58,922 bases of DNA, from positions 1 through 58,922 of the forward strand of contig JASMHR010000002.1 of the NCBI GenBank assembly GCA_030750665.1, written 5' to 3'. Positions 36,009-45,259 of the stretch are shown here, one piece after another. The notes below the pieces were generated by a model that worked only from the letters and a program-made list of their open reading frames with translations, was not told the origin of the DNA and ran no database searches. A program made the position numbers and the translations under genes. The number at the start of each line of letters is the position of its first letter. The first letter of the stretch is position 1. The DNA comes from Candidatus Poseidoniaceae archaeon (GTDB taxonomy: Archaea > Thermoplasmatota > Poseidoniia > Poseidoniales > Poseidoniaceae).

Positions 36009-36022
36009 TTCCCCTGTGGCTC
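36009..36022 (+). repeat. Exact 14-nt direct copy of the tRNA-Thr 3' end (TTCCCCTGTGGCTC; original at 35893..35906)
   Basis: Read directly from the sequence; the copies are 116 nt apart. Confidence 0.9.
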
Positions 36023-36066
36023 CAATATTCCGAAAGCCACATCCCATATGGCCCTGTCCACGGGGT

Positions 36067-37326
36067 ATGGTCGACGATATGGCTATGCGATATCGCAACA
36101 CTATTCTCATCGACGACGACCAGAAGACTCACCATGGCGATTTCCTGATCCATCCGGATGGAAATTGGTCGTTATCCAAGGGCGATGAAGATGTTCAGGA
36201 GGATATTGATGGCTCTTCACGTCTACTGACCCGTACCTTCCAGAACTGGCATACACATCTTGCAATGCAGTTGAATGCAAGAGATTTCAGCGATGGATAT
36301 CCTCTCAAAGAATGGTTAGAGAAGGCCATATTCCCGACTGAGAAACGCATCTCGGTTAAGATGGTTGAAGCGGGTTCATACGCGGGAGCTGCTGAATTGA
36401 TTCGCACCGGTTCCTCATTCTGTGCTGACATGTACTTCTATCCTGCAACCACTGCTGCTGTACTAGATGATGCAGGATTAAGAGGGCTCATTGGAGGGCC
36501 CGTTTCAGATTGGGCCTTACCATCTCATCCAGATGCAGACTCGGCATTGAATGAATTGGATGGATTGCTGGCGAACAATGGCTCTCATTCTCGAATCGAC
36601 TATGCCATCGCCACTCATTCAATCTACTTGTGTACTCAGGAAACTTTGGAACAGGCAAGAGATTTAGCGGCAAAACACGATGCTGTGTGTCACATTCACG
36701 TCAGCGAAACCCGCAAGGAAGTTGCTGATTGCAAAGCCAAGACAGGATACTATCCCTTTGAATATCTTGATTCAATTGATTTCCTCAGTCCGGGGACCAT
36801 CTGTGCTCATTCATCATGGGTGAAGAAGAGCGAATATGCGATGATGGCAGAACGCGGAGTGAAGGCTGTTCATTGTCCATCATCAAACATGAAACTGGCC
36901 TGTGGTGGAACCATGTCCTGGTCGGCAGTGAAAGAGGCCGGTATCGACTTGAGAATTGGGACTGATGGAGGCGGTAGCAGTGGGAACGGCCTCGATATGC
37001 GGGCAGAGGCAAAACTCGCCAGTCTAGTCCAGAGACATGACCACTGGGACCCAACCATGCTGCCAGCAAAGGAAGTCTTCGCCATCGCCAGCAAAGGGAG
37101 CAGGGACTGGGCTGCTTGGAATCTTGATGATATCAGGATGCACCCCCTCGGTGCATCGTCAAACCGACACCTCTCGAATTTAATCTTCTCTGGAGCAGAT
37201 TGTCTCGACATGGTGGTAGATGGAAGAATGCTCCGCAGAGATGGGAAGACTATCAGTATCGATGAAAGCAAGGCAATCGAAGAACTCGATGCAGCAGTAT
37301 CCGTATATTATGATGGGCTGGAATGA
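36067..37326 (+). CDS. Amidohydrolase-superfamily nucleoside/nucleobase deaminase (MTA/SAH deaminase MtaD-like)
   Basis: FQNWHTHLAMQ (HxH), HIHVSET, CAHSSW and IGTDGGGSS. ORF 36016..37326; likely ATG at 36067, 36079 or 36085. Confidence 0.8.
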   Translation: MVDDMAMRYRNTILIDDDQKTHHGDFLIHPDGNWSLSKGDEDVQEDIDGSSRLLTRTFQNWHTHLAMQLNARDFSDGYPLKEWLEKAIFPTEKRISVKMVEAGSYAGAAELIRTGSSFCADMYFYPATTAAVLDDAGLRGLIGGPVSDWALPSHPDADSALNELDGLLANNGSHSRIDYAIATHSIYLCTQETLEQARDLAAKHDAVCHIHVSETRKEVADCKAKTGYYPFEYLDSIDFLSPGTICAHSSWVKKSEYAMMAERGVKAVHCPSSNMKLACGGTMSWSAVKEAGIDLRIGTDGGGSSGNGLDMRAEAKLASLVQRHDHWDPTMLPAKEVFAIASKGSRDWAAWNLDDIRMHPLGASSNRHLSNLIFSGADCLDMVVDGRMLRRDGKTISIDESKAIEELDAAVSVYYDGLE

Positions 37327-37327
37327 A

Positions 37328-38479
37328 TCACATGTATAGGAATGAGATTGCAATAATGATGTAGGTCCCCAGTAACATGACACCCTCCAGCCAATTGGAT
37401 TCTCCATCCTGCACGATGAAGTTGGTAATCAACACGGCAACCAGACAAACCACCGTTTCAAAAAGACCGAATTGTAGACTCATGCCTATCCCGAATGCCC
37501 AGCCTAACAAGACCATCAAAGGAGCAACAAGTAATGCGATCTGGATACTGGAACCGACCGCTATCCCGATAGAGAGATCCATCTTGTCCTTCTTGGCCAC
37601 AGTGACTGCTGTCATATGTTCTGCAGCATTTCCAAACAATGGCAATAGGATGACGCCGATGAAAAGATGTGGAATTCCGAATTCCTCGGCTGCAAATTCA
37701 ATAGAAGCAACGAGGATATGCGCCATCCATGCAACAAACAATGTAGCGATTAGCAACATCGTGATGGCTTGCTTTTTACTGAGTTCTACCACTTCATCAT
37801 GCTGTGCATCGGTAGCGTAGAGTTCGGTATGGGTTCGTAACTGGAATAGAAGATTCAAACCATAGATGCCAAGAAGCACCAATGCGGTCCATCGTGAAAG
37901 GTCGACAATGGCTTGTTCTGAGGCAGATTTGTTTGCTGCTGCAAAGGCAGCAGGTACGACTAATCCTATCAAAGCCAACAGCAATAGAGAGCCATTGGTC
38001 TGTGAAACCTGTGAATTGAATTTCTGATTAGGGTGATGGATACCACCCCAGACAAATGCCAATCCTAGAACCAATAACAGATTACCTAGGATGGAGCCAA
38101 TCAAGGAAGCTTGTACCACCAAAATCATGTTCTCAACAAGTTCAGGATTAGTTGCTGCTGTATAGAGAGCCAATCCAGCGATTATCATCTCCACAGCATT
38201 GCCGAAAGTCGCATTGAGTAAGCCACCCATCGATTCACTGGTACGCAATGCAATCTCTTCGGTTGATTTGCCCATCAACCAAGCCAGAGGCATGACTGCT
38301 GCTGCAGATGCAAAGAAGGCCAAATGATGGCTGCCACTATATTCAAAATATACTGCAATTGGAATAGCCGCTAACAACCACATCAACGGATTCTTGAAAG
38401 GATCCAATATCGGACGGAAACTGAAAGATTCTGCTTCTAAATCCTCAACTTCCGAGCTGATGAGAACCCCTCCGTTCAC
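37328..38479 (-). CDS. Ca2+/cation antiporter (CaCA family, CAX/ChaA-like)
   Basis: Two alpha-repeat motifs, ATFGNAVEMIIA and LFGNAAEHMTAV, with about 11 TM helices. The GTG start overlaps the stop of the upstream giant gene (GTGA). Confidence 0.85.
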   Translation of the reverse strand: MNGGVLISSEVEDLEAESFSFRPILDPFKNPLMWLLAAIPIAVYFEYSGSHHLAFFASAAAVMPLAWLMGKSTEEIALRTSESMGGLLNATFGNAVEMIIAGLALYTAATNPELVENMILVVQASLIGSILGNLLLVLGLAFVWGGIHHPNQKFNSQVSQTNGSLLLLALIGLVVPAAFAAANKSASEQAIVDLSRWTALVLLGIYGLNLLFQLRTHTELYATDAQHDEVVELSKKQAITMLLIATLFVAWMAHILVASIEFAAEEFGIPHLFIGVILLPLFGNAAEHMTAVTVAKKDKMDLSIGIAVGSSIQIALLVAPLMVLLGWAFGIGMSLQFGLFETVVCLVAVLITNFIVQDGESNWLEGVMLLGTYIIIAISFLYM

Positions 38480-41400
38480 TTCTTGCGTTTGATTGAGCGA
38501 CGCTTCTTCTTTCCACCGTCGTCGTCATCGTCATCACCATCATGTTCGAAGACACTGACATCTCCACTGACAGTCTGCTTGAGGTCCGTTCCTTTCTTGC
38601 GGCGCTCCTTACGCTGGAGTACATTCACAGCGAATGGGTCGTCTGCATCTTCTTCATCATCGTCAGCCGTATCATCCGCCATCGAAACTTCCTCTTTGAT
38701 TCCAGCGATTGCATCCATATCTGGTTGAGCGGAAGTTCCAATGAACTCTGACATCCATTCGTCTCCAGCATCTTCATCACCCTTCTTACGTGGTGCAGAT
38801 AACGATGTGAACAGGGTGATTGCTGCAATGAGGATTGCAAAGAGATTGATTCCTAAGAGGATGAAAACAAACAGGAAGGGGCCATCACTCAATTCCATTG
38901 ACTCAAAGACTGCTTCAGGTGGTGGTGCAAGTAATTCCTCCTTCAAACAACGCGTAGTTCCATTCTGAGTATGATGACAACTGTCTGTATTGAAAGAAAC
39001 TTGAGCAGAGTTCTGATTACCGGCCATATCTGTGGCCCGGATTTCTACACGAACAATACCGTATGGGAAGTCTGCGACTGAAACCGAGTAGGAGAAAGCC
39101 CAGCCATCCTCACTGAGAGTTGATTCATCAGTGATATCGATCCATCTACCCGAACTCGAGGCGGTGACGAAACGTATCTCAATCACATTGACTCCAACAT
39201 CATCATCAGTTCCTCCACTGATCAGAATGGAGTCTCCCTCCATGTATGTAGTGTCCTTGGGAGCGCCAGGAGAATAGAAGACAATGCTTGGCACCTGCGA
39301 ATCTATCTCCCAATCACTGACTGAGATATTGCCACCATTACCAACCGAATCGGTCATGGTAACCACCACTGTCAAAACATTATGTTTATCGATTCCAGTT
39401 ATCTCAAAATCATAGTAATACGTATTCCCTATCGTATCGTCCAAAGGAGTGTCGAACAACAGATGCGTCTGCTCACCATCTCCAACAGTGAAAACACGAT
39501 CGGGCGTTGAGATATTGACCATAGGTTCATCCTCAAGGTCCTCACTCACGTTGATCAACAATCGATAACTTCCTTTCTGTAAGGTTAAATCAACTATTTC
39601 TCTATCATCATTCTCGATAAAAATCGTAGCAGTGGAAGTGGTTGCATCTTCACGTACCTGCCATGCATTCTTTCCAGGGGTGCTCCAAGCATCGAAATTG
39701 GTATTACCGAATCTATCAGTAATGGAGACAGCATACCAAACATTCCGTTCAACTCCTTCAGCAATGTCGATGGTTTTGATAAAAGTGTCATCATCGGAAA
39801 TACCAACAGCGATATTGTCTATCACCAGTTCCCATCCATTCTCTGCTGTTATCGATGTCTTGAATGTCAATTCACCGACTTCATCTACGAATGGGTCTCC
39901 TGAATGTCTCCAAATCTGATACACTTCATCAAACTCTTCCTCATCATTCAACCACGTCAAGATGACTTGGTCGGTTTCACCATACATTTTCAATTCAGTC
40001 ATTGCTGGAACTTGAGGAGATACCGTATCCTCGGTGATAGGGCCATAGAAATTCTGCTTCAATCCACGATATTCATATGTTCCATTCAAGTGACCATACC
40101 TTGCTTCAGATGTGACATAATAATATGAATTTTCACGATATACCTCCTCAGCAACATCAACCACAATTTCGCCAAAACCATCCGGTACATTGGCAAGGAA
40201 GAACATGTTTTCGTCAACAATGAATTGTACTGGGTTATTTGGGTCAACCACCACCACCTCATATGATGCCCGATAGATATTGTAACTCTCGCCCTCTGCA
40301 CCGACTTGATCAGTCCATGAAACGCGGGTCTTACCCCCTCCTAGGTACTCTGCGTAGACATTTGTTGGCTCGGCTATCCAGAGTCCAAATGTATCTTCAA
40401 AAATAGGTTGGGCACAGGCAGTATTCTTCAATTCTGAAGTTGTGATTCCATATTCATCGACGATACTAACACAATAGTATCCATTGCCTAATCGCCCAGG
40501 TGGCAAAGAATAGTTGAATTCTCCAACATTTTCACCGATGGTGGCAATTACCTGAACATCGCTTCTTGATGTGTTGTTGAATGCATAACCTGCCATCCAG
40601 ACCCGATAGAATTCATTCGCTTCACCAGGAACATCATTCCAACTGATGAGAGTGTAGCCATTCCCTTGCAGATTTTCTTCACCAAAGAATTCTGCCTTGA
40701 CACGGTTAGACGCCATCACAGGGCCAGTGACTGCCTCCGCAGGTACGTTATCCTCCTTGATGGGTTCATCAAGACTGTTGTTAGAAAGGAATCGGAAATC
40801 CTCATACGTACTGTTTGGGGCAGTCCAATTACTGATGACATAAGTCACCGAATAATACACCTGGCGATTGGTGGATGGTGGAATCTCAATCTCAACTGAA
40901 CTGGTTTCTGCAGGTAATGTGAGGATTGGAACTTCATTCATCAACATCATTCCCAAAGAACGGTCGATTCTGAAGGCATGTTGCCATATATGAATCTCAT
41001 AAGCATCAGGTCCTGTGACTGGTAGGGTTCCAGGGCTGATGATGTTATAATTCACCCAATTCAAAGTGGTCGTGCTGGCGGTGGGGTCGAATTCACCTTG
41101 AATGTAATATGGAGACCTGACTGCTGTGGTGACCTCCAACACTGGTTCATAGAGATGTGATGCATTATGAGTCAACTCCATTGTCTCAGTACCATTCACC
41201 AATTCCGTGGTGACAGCATAGAAATACGAACCATTCACACCTGGTGGAACTTGGAATATCACAGAATGGCTACCATCGGGTTTGCTACCTAGACAATTCA
41301 ATGGATTAGGAACTTCAATCTGATCACAAGCATCGATGGAAGCTATCGGAGTCATCCCAAAGAGCACACCTGGGTCCATCGGTTGATCATGTCGATAGAC

Positions 41401-41712
41401 ATGGAAAGTGGCATCCCATAGATCCTCAGCGAAATTCGTATCATCTATGCTACGCCAAGATATGGTGGTACTCTCTCCATTTGACTCAAAACTTGCAGTG
41501 ATTGCTTGAGCCTGTAATGCCCAGCCTTCTCCCTCATCGGAAAGAGCATTGACCCCCGGAATTGCAAGAATTGGTAAGGCCAAAATCAAGACAAGCAGGA
41601 TGCTTAATGGTCGCCGGCGTGACATCTCCCGCATCTCATCCCCCGCGAGCGGTGCCTTTGTCATGGTTATGAGCATGACGCCATAGGCGTCTATTCGCAA
41701 GGGGTTGTTCAT
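38476..41712 (-). CDS. Large surface protein with a signal peptide, several FN3-like modules, Ig-like modules, a C-terminal TM anchor and a charged tail
   Basis: 1078-aa ORF. Signal RRRPLSILLVLILALPILAIPGVNA. A repeated pattern occurs (TLNWVNYN, TLISWNDVPGEANEFYRVW, RVSWTDQVGAEGESYNIYR, ILTWLNDEEEFDEVYQIWR). TM helix FLFVFILLGINLFAILIAAITLF, then an Asp/Lys-rich tail. Confidence 0.7.
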   Translation of the reverse strand: MNNPLRIDAYGVMLITMTKAPLAGDEMREMSRRRPLSILLVLILALPILAIPGVNALSDEGEGWALQAQAITASFESNGESTTISWRSIDDTNFAEDLWDATFHVYRHDQPMDPGVLFGMTPIASIDACDQIEVPNPLNCLGSKPDGSHSVIFQVPPGVNGSYFYAVTTELVNGTETMELTHNASHLYEPVLEVTTAVRSPYYIQGEFDPTASTTTLNWVNYNIISPGTLPVTGPDAYEIHIWQHAFRIDRSLGMMLMNEVPILTLPAETSSVEIEIPPSTNRQVYYSVTYVISNWTAPNSTYEDFRFLSNNSLDEPIKEDNVPAEAVTGPVMASNRVKAEFFGEENLQGNGYTLISWNDVPGEANEFYRVWMAGYAFNNTSRSDVQVIATIGENVGEFNYSLPPGRLGNGYYCVSIVDEYGITTSELKNTACAQPIFEDTFGLWIAEPTNVYAEYLGGGKTRVSWTDQVGAEGESYNIYRASYEVVVVDPNNPVQFIVDENMFFLANVPDGFGEIVVDVAEEVYRENSYYYVTSEARYGHLNGTYEYRGLKQNFYGPITEDTVSPQVPAMTELKMYGETDQVILTWLNDEEEFDEVYQIWRHSGDPFVDEVGELTFKTSITAENGWELVIDNIAVGISDDDTFIKTIDIAEGVERNVWYAVSITDRFGNTNFDAWSTPGKNAWQVREDATTSTATIFIENDDREIVDLTLQKGSYRLLINVSEDLEDEPMVNISTPDRVFTVGDGEQTHLLFDTPLDDTIGNTYYYDFEITGIDKHNVLTVVVTMTDSVGNGGNISVSDWEIDSQVPSIVFYSPGAPKDTTYMEGDSILISGGTDDDVGVNVIEIRFVTASSSGRWIDITDESTLSEDGWAFSYSVSVADFPYGIVRVEIRATDMAGNQNSAQVSFNTDSCHHTQNGTTRCLKEELLAPPPEAVFESMELSDGPFLFVFILLGINLFAILIAAITLFTSLSAPRKKGDEDAGDEWMSEFIGTSAQPDMDAIAGIKEEVSMADDTADDDEEDADDPFAVNVLQRKERRKKGTDLKQTVSGDVSVFEHDGDDDDDDGGKKKRRSIKRKK

Positions 41713-41816
41713 GCATCTTGACCTCCGGGGGGGATTTTCTTACTCGATAACGCTGGACATCGAGATATCAATACAACTCCTACCGGATAAGACTTCGGAA
41801 AAAAACAACAATGCTG

Positions 41817-42548
41817 TCATTCCTCATTTTCGTCGTTCATCTGTGGTAATGGTTCACTCGAATCCAACGCAGTAATACGATTTCTCGCTTGCATGAATCG
41901 CTTTCCAAAGGTCCAGACACCACCCGCACCAGAAATCAGAAGAATTGCCGACATTGGGTTCAATGAAACATGGGAGAGAGGCGTGGGTAATGTGCCCCAA
42001 TCTGACCATCCAATGATAATCTGCAAAGCCGCCAATACCAATCCTATTCCAGTCACTACAAGTCGATCTGCTCGACTGAACCCGCCGTAATCACGTACTC
42101 CTGTGACTGCCTGTGCCTGAGTCCCTAGATATGAACCGAACATGGTCAGCATCGCAGCACCCCAAGCAAGTGTTGCTGAACCAACCCAAACCATGTTGTA
42201 ACCAATGGCTACCATCCAAGTGACATCCAACACCCTATCGAGAGTATGATCCAGATAATCTCCCCAACGAGAGACCCTACCTGTCTGACGAGCAAGTGTT
42301 CCATCAAACCCATCCAAGATGGAGGCGATTCCAAGTAATGCTGCTGCTCCAAGCAACATGACCGCTCCAACGCCATCATCACCTGCCATCAACATCAGTA
42401 ATGCCGCGGCCAGCCCAACTGGGAGAGTCAACCATGTAACCGCCAATGGTGACATCCACGAAAAACGCTTGGCCAATGGGATGCTTATCTTCTCAGACAT
42501 TGCCCTCAGGTTCTGTAGAGCCACACAATCACCGATGTTGCCTAACAC
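41817..42548 (-). CDS. CDP-alcohol phosphatidyltransferase (archaeal polar-lipid headgroup synthase)
   Basis: Signature DGFDGTLARQTGRVSRWGDYLDHTLDRVLD in a multi-pass membrane protein. The likely ATG is at 42500. Confidence 0.85.
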   Translation of the reverse strand: MLGNIGDCVALQNLRAMSEKISIPLAKRFSWMSPLAVTWLTLPVGLAAALLMLMAGDDGVGAVMLLGAAALLGIASILDGFDGTLARQTGRVSRWGDYLDHTLDRVLDVTWMVAIGYNMVWVGSATLAWGAAMLTMFGSYLGTQAQAVTGVRDYGGFSRADRLVVTGIGLVLAALQIIIGWSDWGTLPTPLSHVSLNPMSAILLISGAGGVWTFGKRFMQARNRITALDSSEPLPQMNDENEE

Positions 42549-42573
42549 TCTCTACTGTTGACCCTATCGGCTG

Positions 42574-43140
42574 TCACCAGTCCTTTGAAGCCATATCATC
42601 CAACCAATCCAAGATTTCAGCAGGCCGCTCCGGCGCACAATCCTGAGATAGCCAATTCAATACTTCAGTAGTCAATTCATTAGGGTCTAGAACACCGGAG
42701 TCAAGTTCCAATATTGGGATGTCGATTTCTTCCAATTCCAGCCAAGGGCCTCCAATCATTTCCCATTCGACATTATCCAATATCTTCTGTTCTTCATAAT
42801 CACGGAGATGGAGACGGGCATCGATTACAAGTGGATGGGCTCGAAGGATGATTATGGCATCAACCGGAAGCAGATGAGATAAATGGCCATCTATCAGTTG
42901 TGTTTTCTCAGGGGGGGAACTCCATTCTTCAACCAAAATGGTTGACAGTCCCTCAACATCGATCTCTTTGCTTCCACCATCATCTTGGCCAAGAAATCCT
43001 TTAGTTTCAGCCAGAATGGACTGATTCTGAATCTCTACCAATCCCTGTAATTCTTCACTCAATCGAGTCTTTCCAGTACCTGGCGTCCCCGTCAAAGCTA
43101 ATCTGAGCAGTGGCAATTCGGGGCCGGAGGCTCCACTCAT
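42574..43140 (-). CDS. Fap7/AK6-like adenylate kinase (ribosome-biogenesis NTPase)
   Basis: P-loop LALTGTPGTGKT, then LIDGHLSHLLPVDAIIILRAHPLVIDARL and ILDNVEWEMIG. The internal ATG at 43140 of ORF 42574..43401 was chosen. Confidence 0.7.
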   Translation of the reverse strand: MSGASGPELPLLRLALTGTPGTGKTRLSEELQGLVEIQNQSILAETKGFLGQDDGGSKEIDVEGLSTILVEEWSSPPEKTQLIDGHLSHLLPVDAIIILRAHPLVIDARLHLRDYEEQKILDNVEWEMIGGPWLELEEIDIPILELDSGVLDPNELTTEVLNWLSQDCAPERPAEILDWLDDMASKDW

Positions 43141-43254
43141 GTTGATTGCAGACAGACGGAGACTGAAGATGATGCTGGCGAAGCAATGCCTCCGAGCGAC
43201 CATGATGCCAACGTCTTCATGAGTATGGACATCCCGCAGTGAACTGAGGCATGA

Positions 43255-44070
43255 TTGATGTTCGGGATGAGTGACCCTGCCACCGTACTGACACAGATGC
43301 GTAGATACGCCTCCGAAGCAAGGTATGAGATGGCAGAAGTCATGGCAAGTGAATTGACGCAACGCATGATTGCCGACAAGGAACGAGACATCACAAAACA
43401 AGACCTACTGGTCCAAGGACTGAGGGATCTGGCGAACATCTTGGAGATCAGAGGCAAAGAAAAGGTAGAGAAGCTGAAATTATCTCTCAAAGCAAGCAAA
43501 GAACTCAGCAAGCAAAGATCGAAGTTAGCCAAGTTACACAAAGATGCAGGAGATTCCAATTCTGCCAAGGCAACTCTAGCCAACAAAGCCGATGATGAGG
43601 TCCAGACTGGAAGAGTGTTCGCATTGATGGGTAAGAAGGGAAAGGCGATGAAGAAATTCGCTAGAGCCAACAAACTGAGGAAACATCACCTTGAAGCGTG
43701 TACTGAGACGGTAGGAACTGAATTTATGATCAGTGGTCATCTTAGAAAGGGAGCCAAGCATGGACGAAGACTTGTCGATGCAATGAACGCAGCGGGCGCA
43801 GTCAACAGATCCGGAGAGACTTTTCAATTACTTCCTGAAGGTCAACGTCCTGCTGAAGTGACCTCACTGATTTCTAGAGTGGCTCCTTGGAGTGCCGCCA
43901 GCGCCGGAATGCCTGAACAAGCACGCGATAGACTTTCTCAAAAACTTGTGGAACTTCAATCGCAGATTCAAAGGATTGAATCGGGCGAACAAGCAGCAAA
44001 TGCGGCGTTATCTGCAGCAGTGGACAAACTCAATCCAACTATGGATTACCACTCATTCTCACGTTCTTGA
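43255..44070 (+). CDS. Hypothetical helical/coiled-coil protein
   Basis: 271-aa Lys/Ala/Glu-rich ORF. The overlapping minus-strand ORF 43137..43673 is low-complexity and judged spurious. Confidence 0.45.
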   Translation: MMFGMSDPATVLTQMRRYASEARYEMAEVMASELTQRMIADKERDITKQDLLVQGLRDLANILEIRGKEKVEKLKLSLKASKELSKQRSKLAKLHKDAGDSNSAKATLANKADDEVQTGRVFALMGKKGKAMKKFARANKLRKHHLEACTETVGTEFMISGHLRKGAKHGRRLVDAMNAAGAVNRSGETFQLLPEGQRPAEVTSLISRVAPWSAASAGMPEQARDRLSQKLVELQSQIQRIESGEQAANAALSAAVDKLNPTMDYHSFSRS

Positions 44071-44082
44071 GGGATTGGTGAA

Positions 44083-44157
44083 TAGCGAGGGATGGATTTG
44101 AACCATCGATCTCCGGGTTATGAGCCCGACAGGATATCCAGACTACCCCACCTCGCT
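44083..44157 (-). tRNA. Initiator-type tRNA-Met (anticodon CAU)
   Basis: Minus strand reads AGCGAGG...CCTCGCT-A, giving an A1:U72 pair. Anticodon arm TCGGG-CTCATAA-CCCGG has three consecutive G:C pairs. T arm GATGG-TTCAAAT-CCATC. Confidence 0.85.
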
Positions 44158-44174
44158 AAAGTCGGCGGTTCGGT

Positions 44175-44188
44175 CCCTATACTTGAAT
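44175..44188 (-). promoter_or_regulatory. TATA-like element upstream of tRNAi-Met
   Basis: Minus-strand TTCAAGTATAGGGA. The TATA begins 24 nt upstream of the tRNA 5' end. Confidence 0.45.
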
Positions 44189-44265
44189 CAGTTGGGGCAA
44201 CCAAGACCTTTCACAATTCTACGATTTCCCATTTGCTGAAGAAATATAGGTTGGGTTCATACAAG

Positions 44266-45102
44266 ATGGCTGCCCTGCAATGCATGATGGAGCGGAAGTC
44301 CTCAATTTCCATACCGGCGGTATGCATTCTAGCAATCTTGCTGTTGGCCAGCCTGTCAGGCTGTTTAGGAGACGATGAACCAGAAAAAACCGATGATGGA
44401 CCTGTAGAATTGGTGGTGTACTATGACCTCACCAATGGTACCATCGAGGAAATTCACAGCGATGGTCAACCGACAACGATGGCCGGTGCTGAATTCAGCT
44501 TTGATTTCAGAGAGACTAAATCATCGAAAGGAAACATTACCACATTCACCTTTGACCCTGGAGATGGAACTGATCCCGTAAGTATCAATGCAGAAGATGA
44601 GTCAGTGTTGGTCTATGAATACATGAGTCACGGTATCTTTGAAGCAACGCTTGGTGCCGAAGATGAGAATAACAACACAGCATCAAAGAAACTCAAATTA
44701 CGAGTGGAGTTTCATGTCGCAGATACCCAGTTGAATACTCAGGAGCCCGACCGGATTTCGATAGATCTGTCCCCTGATGATGACAGTATCGCAATTCCCG
44801 TCCAGTTGAATCTAGTATCAACAGTTGAGAATCCCAGCAACCCAGGCACCTTCTTTGAGGATTCAGTAGAAGTCACATGGTCCCTTAAGAACTCCAGCGA
44901 AGAAGAACATGGAGGTAACAGTGAGGTTCTGAATGGCGGACAGTCAGCGACTTGGAATAATCAGGAGAACGGCCCCGAAGCCGCACTCTGGTCTTTGGAT
45001 ATCGATATCGTGGTAGCGGGAGGCAACAGCGAAGAAGTGAATGTGCAATCTGATCTATGGGCCTTGTATGAACAAGAAGAATCAGATCCAAATCCAGAAT
45101 GA
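44266..45102 (+). CDS. Secreted lipoprotein with a PKD-like domain (hypothetical)
   Basis: The ATG at 44266 lies within ORF 44092..45102, whose longer form would overlap the tRNA. Signal plus lipobox AILLLASLSGC. ITTFTFDPGDGTDPV is a PKD-like strand motif. Confidence 0.6.
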   Translation: MAALQCMMERKSSISIPAVCILAILLLASLSGCLGDDEPEKTDDGPVELVVYYDLTNGTIEEIHSDGQPTTMAGAEFSFDFRETKSSKGNITTFTFDPGDGTDPVSINAEDESVLVYEYMSHGIFEATLGAEDENNNTASKKLKLRVEFHVADTQLNTQEPDRISIDLSPDDDSIAIPVQLNLVSTVENPSNPGTFFEDSVEVTWSLKNSSEEEHGGNSEVLNGGQSATWNNQENGPEAALWSLDIDIVVAGGNSEEVNVQSDLWALYEQEESDPNPE

Positions 45103-45110
45103 ATAATGAT

Positions 45111-45139
45111 TTTCACTCAAAAATGAATTTGAAGTGAAA
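45111..45139. repeat. AT-rich imperfect inverted repeat (11-bp stem with one bulge) just after the lipoprotein stop and upstream of radA
   Basis: TTTCACTCAAA-AATGAA-TTTGAAGTGAAA. Confidence 0.6.
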
Positions 45140-45259
45140 GTGAAGAATGAAAGACTGAGGCGCACTACGCTCCTCTGTACACCTTCATGACTTGCAACAC
45201 CCTGCTGCTGCTGCTCATATAGGTTGGACGAACAGGACCCTGCACAAGGAGATGGATGC

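Noticed and set aside
42574-43401. Full 275-aa version of the Fap7-like ORF, with an 87-aa Cys/His-rich N-terminal extension
   Set aside because: The extension precedes the P-loop, which normally lies within about 15 aa of the N-terminus in Fap7/AK6. It would also overlap the divergent gene, and its composition looks like out-of-context translation. I chose the ATG at 43140.
43137-43673. 178-aa minus-strand ORF overlapping the 43255..44070 gene
   Set aside because: It has a low-complexity Leu/Ser/Ala composition, lacks motifs and extends across the Fap7 start region. I judged the plus-strand helical protein more plausible, though neither call is strong.
44092-44265. N-terminal 58 codons of ORF 44092..45102
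   Set aside because: They overlap the initiator tRNA gene on the other strand and precede a clean signal-peptide/lipobox start at 44266.
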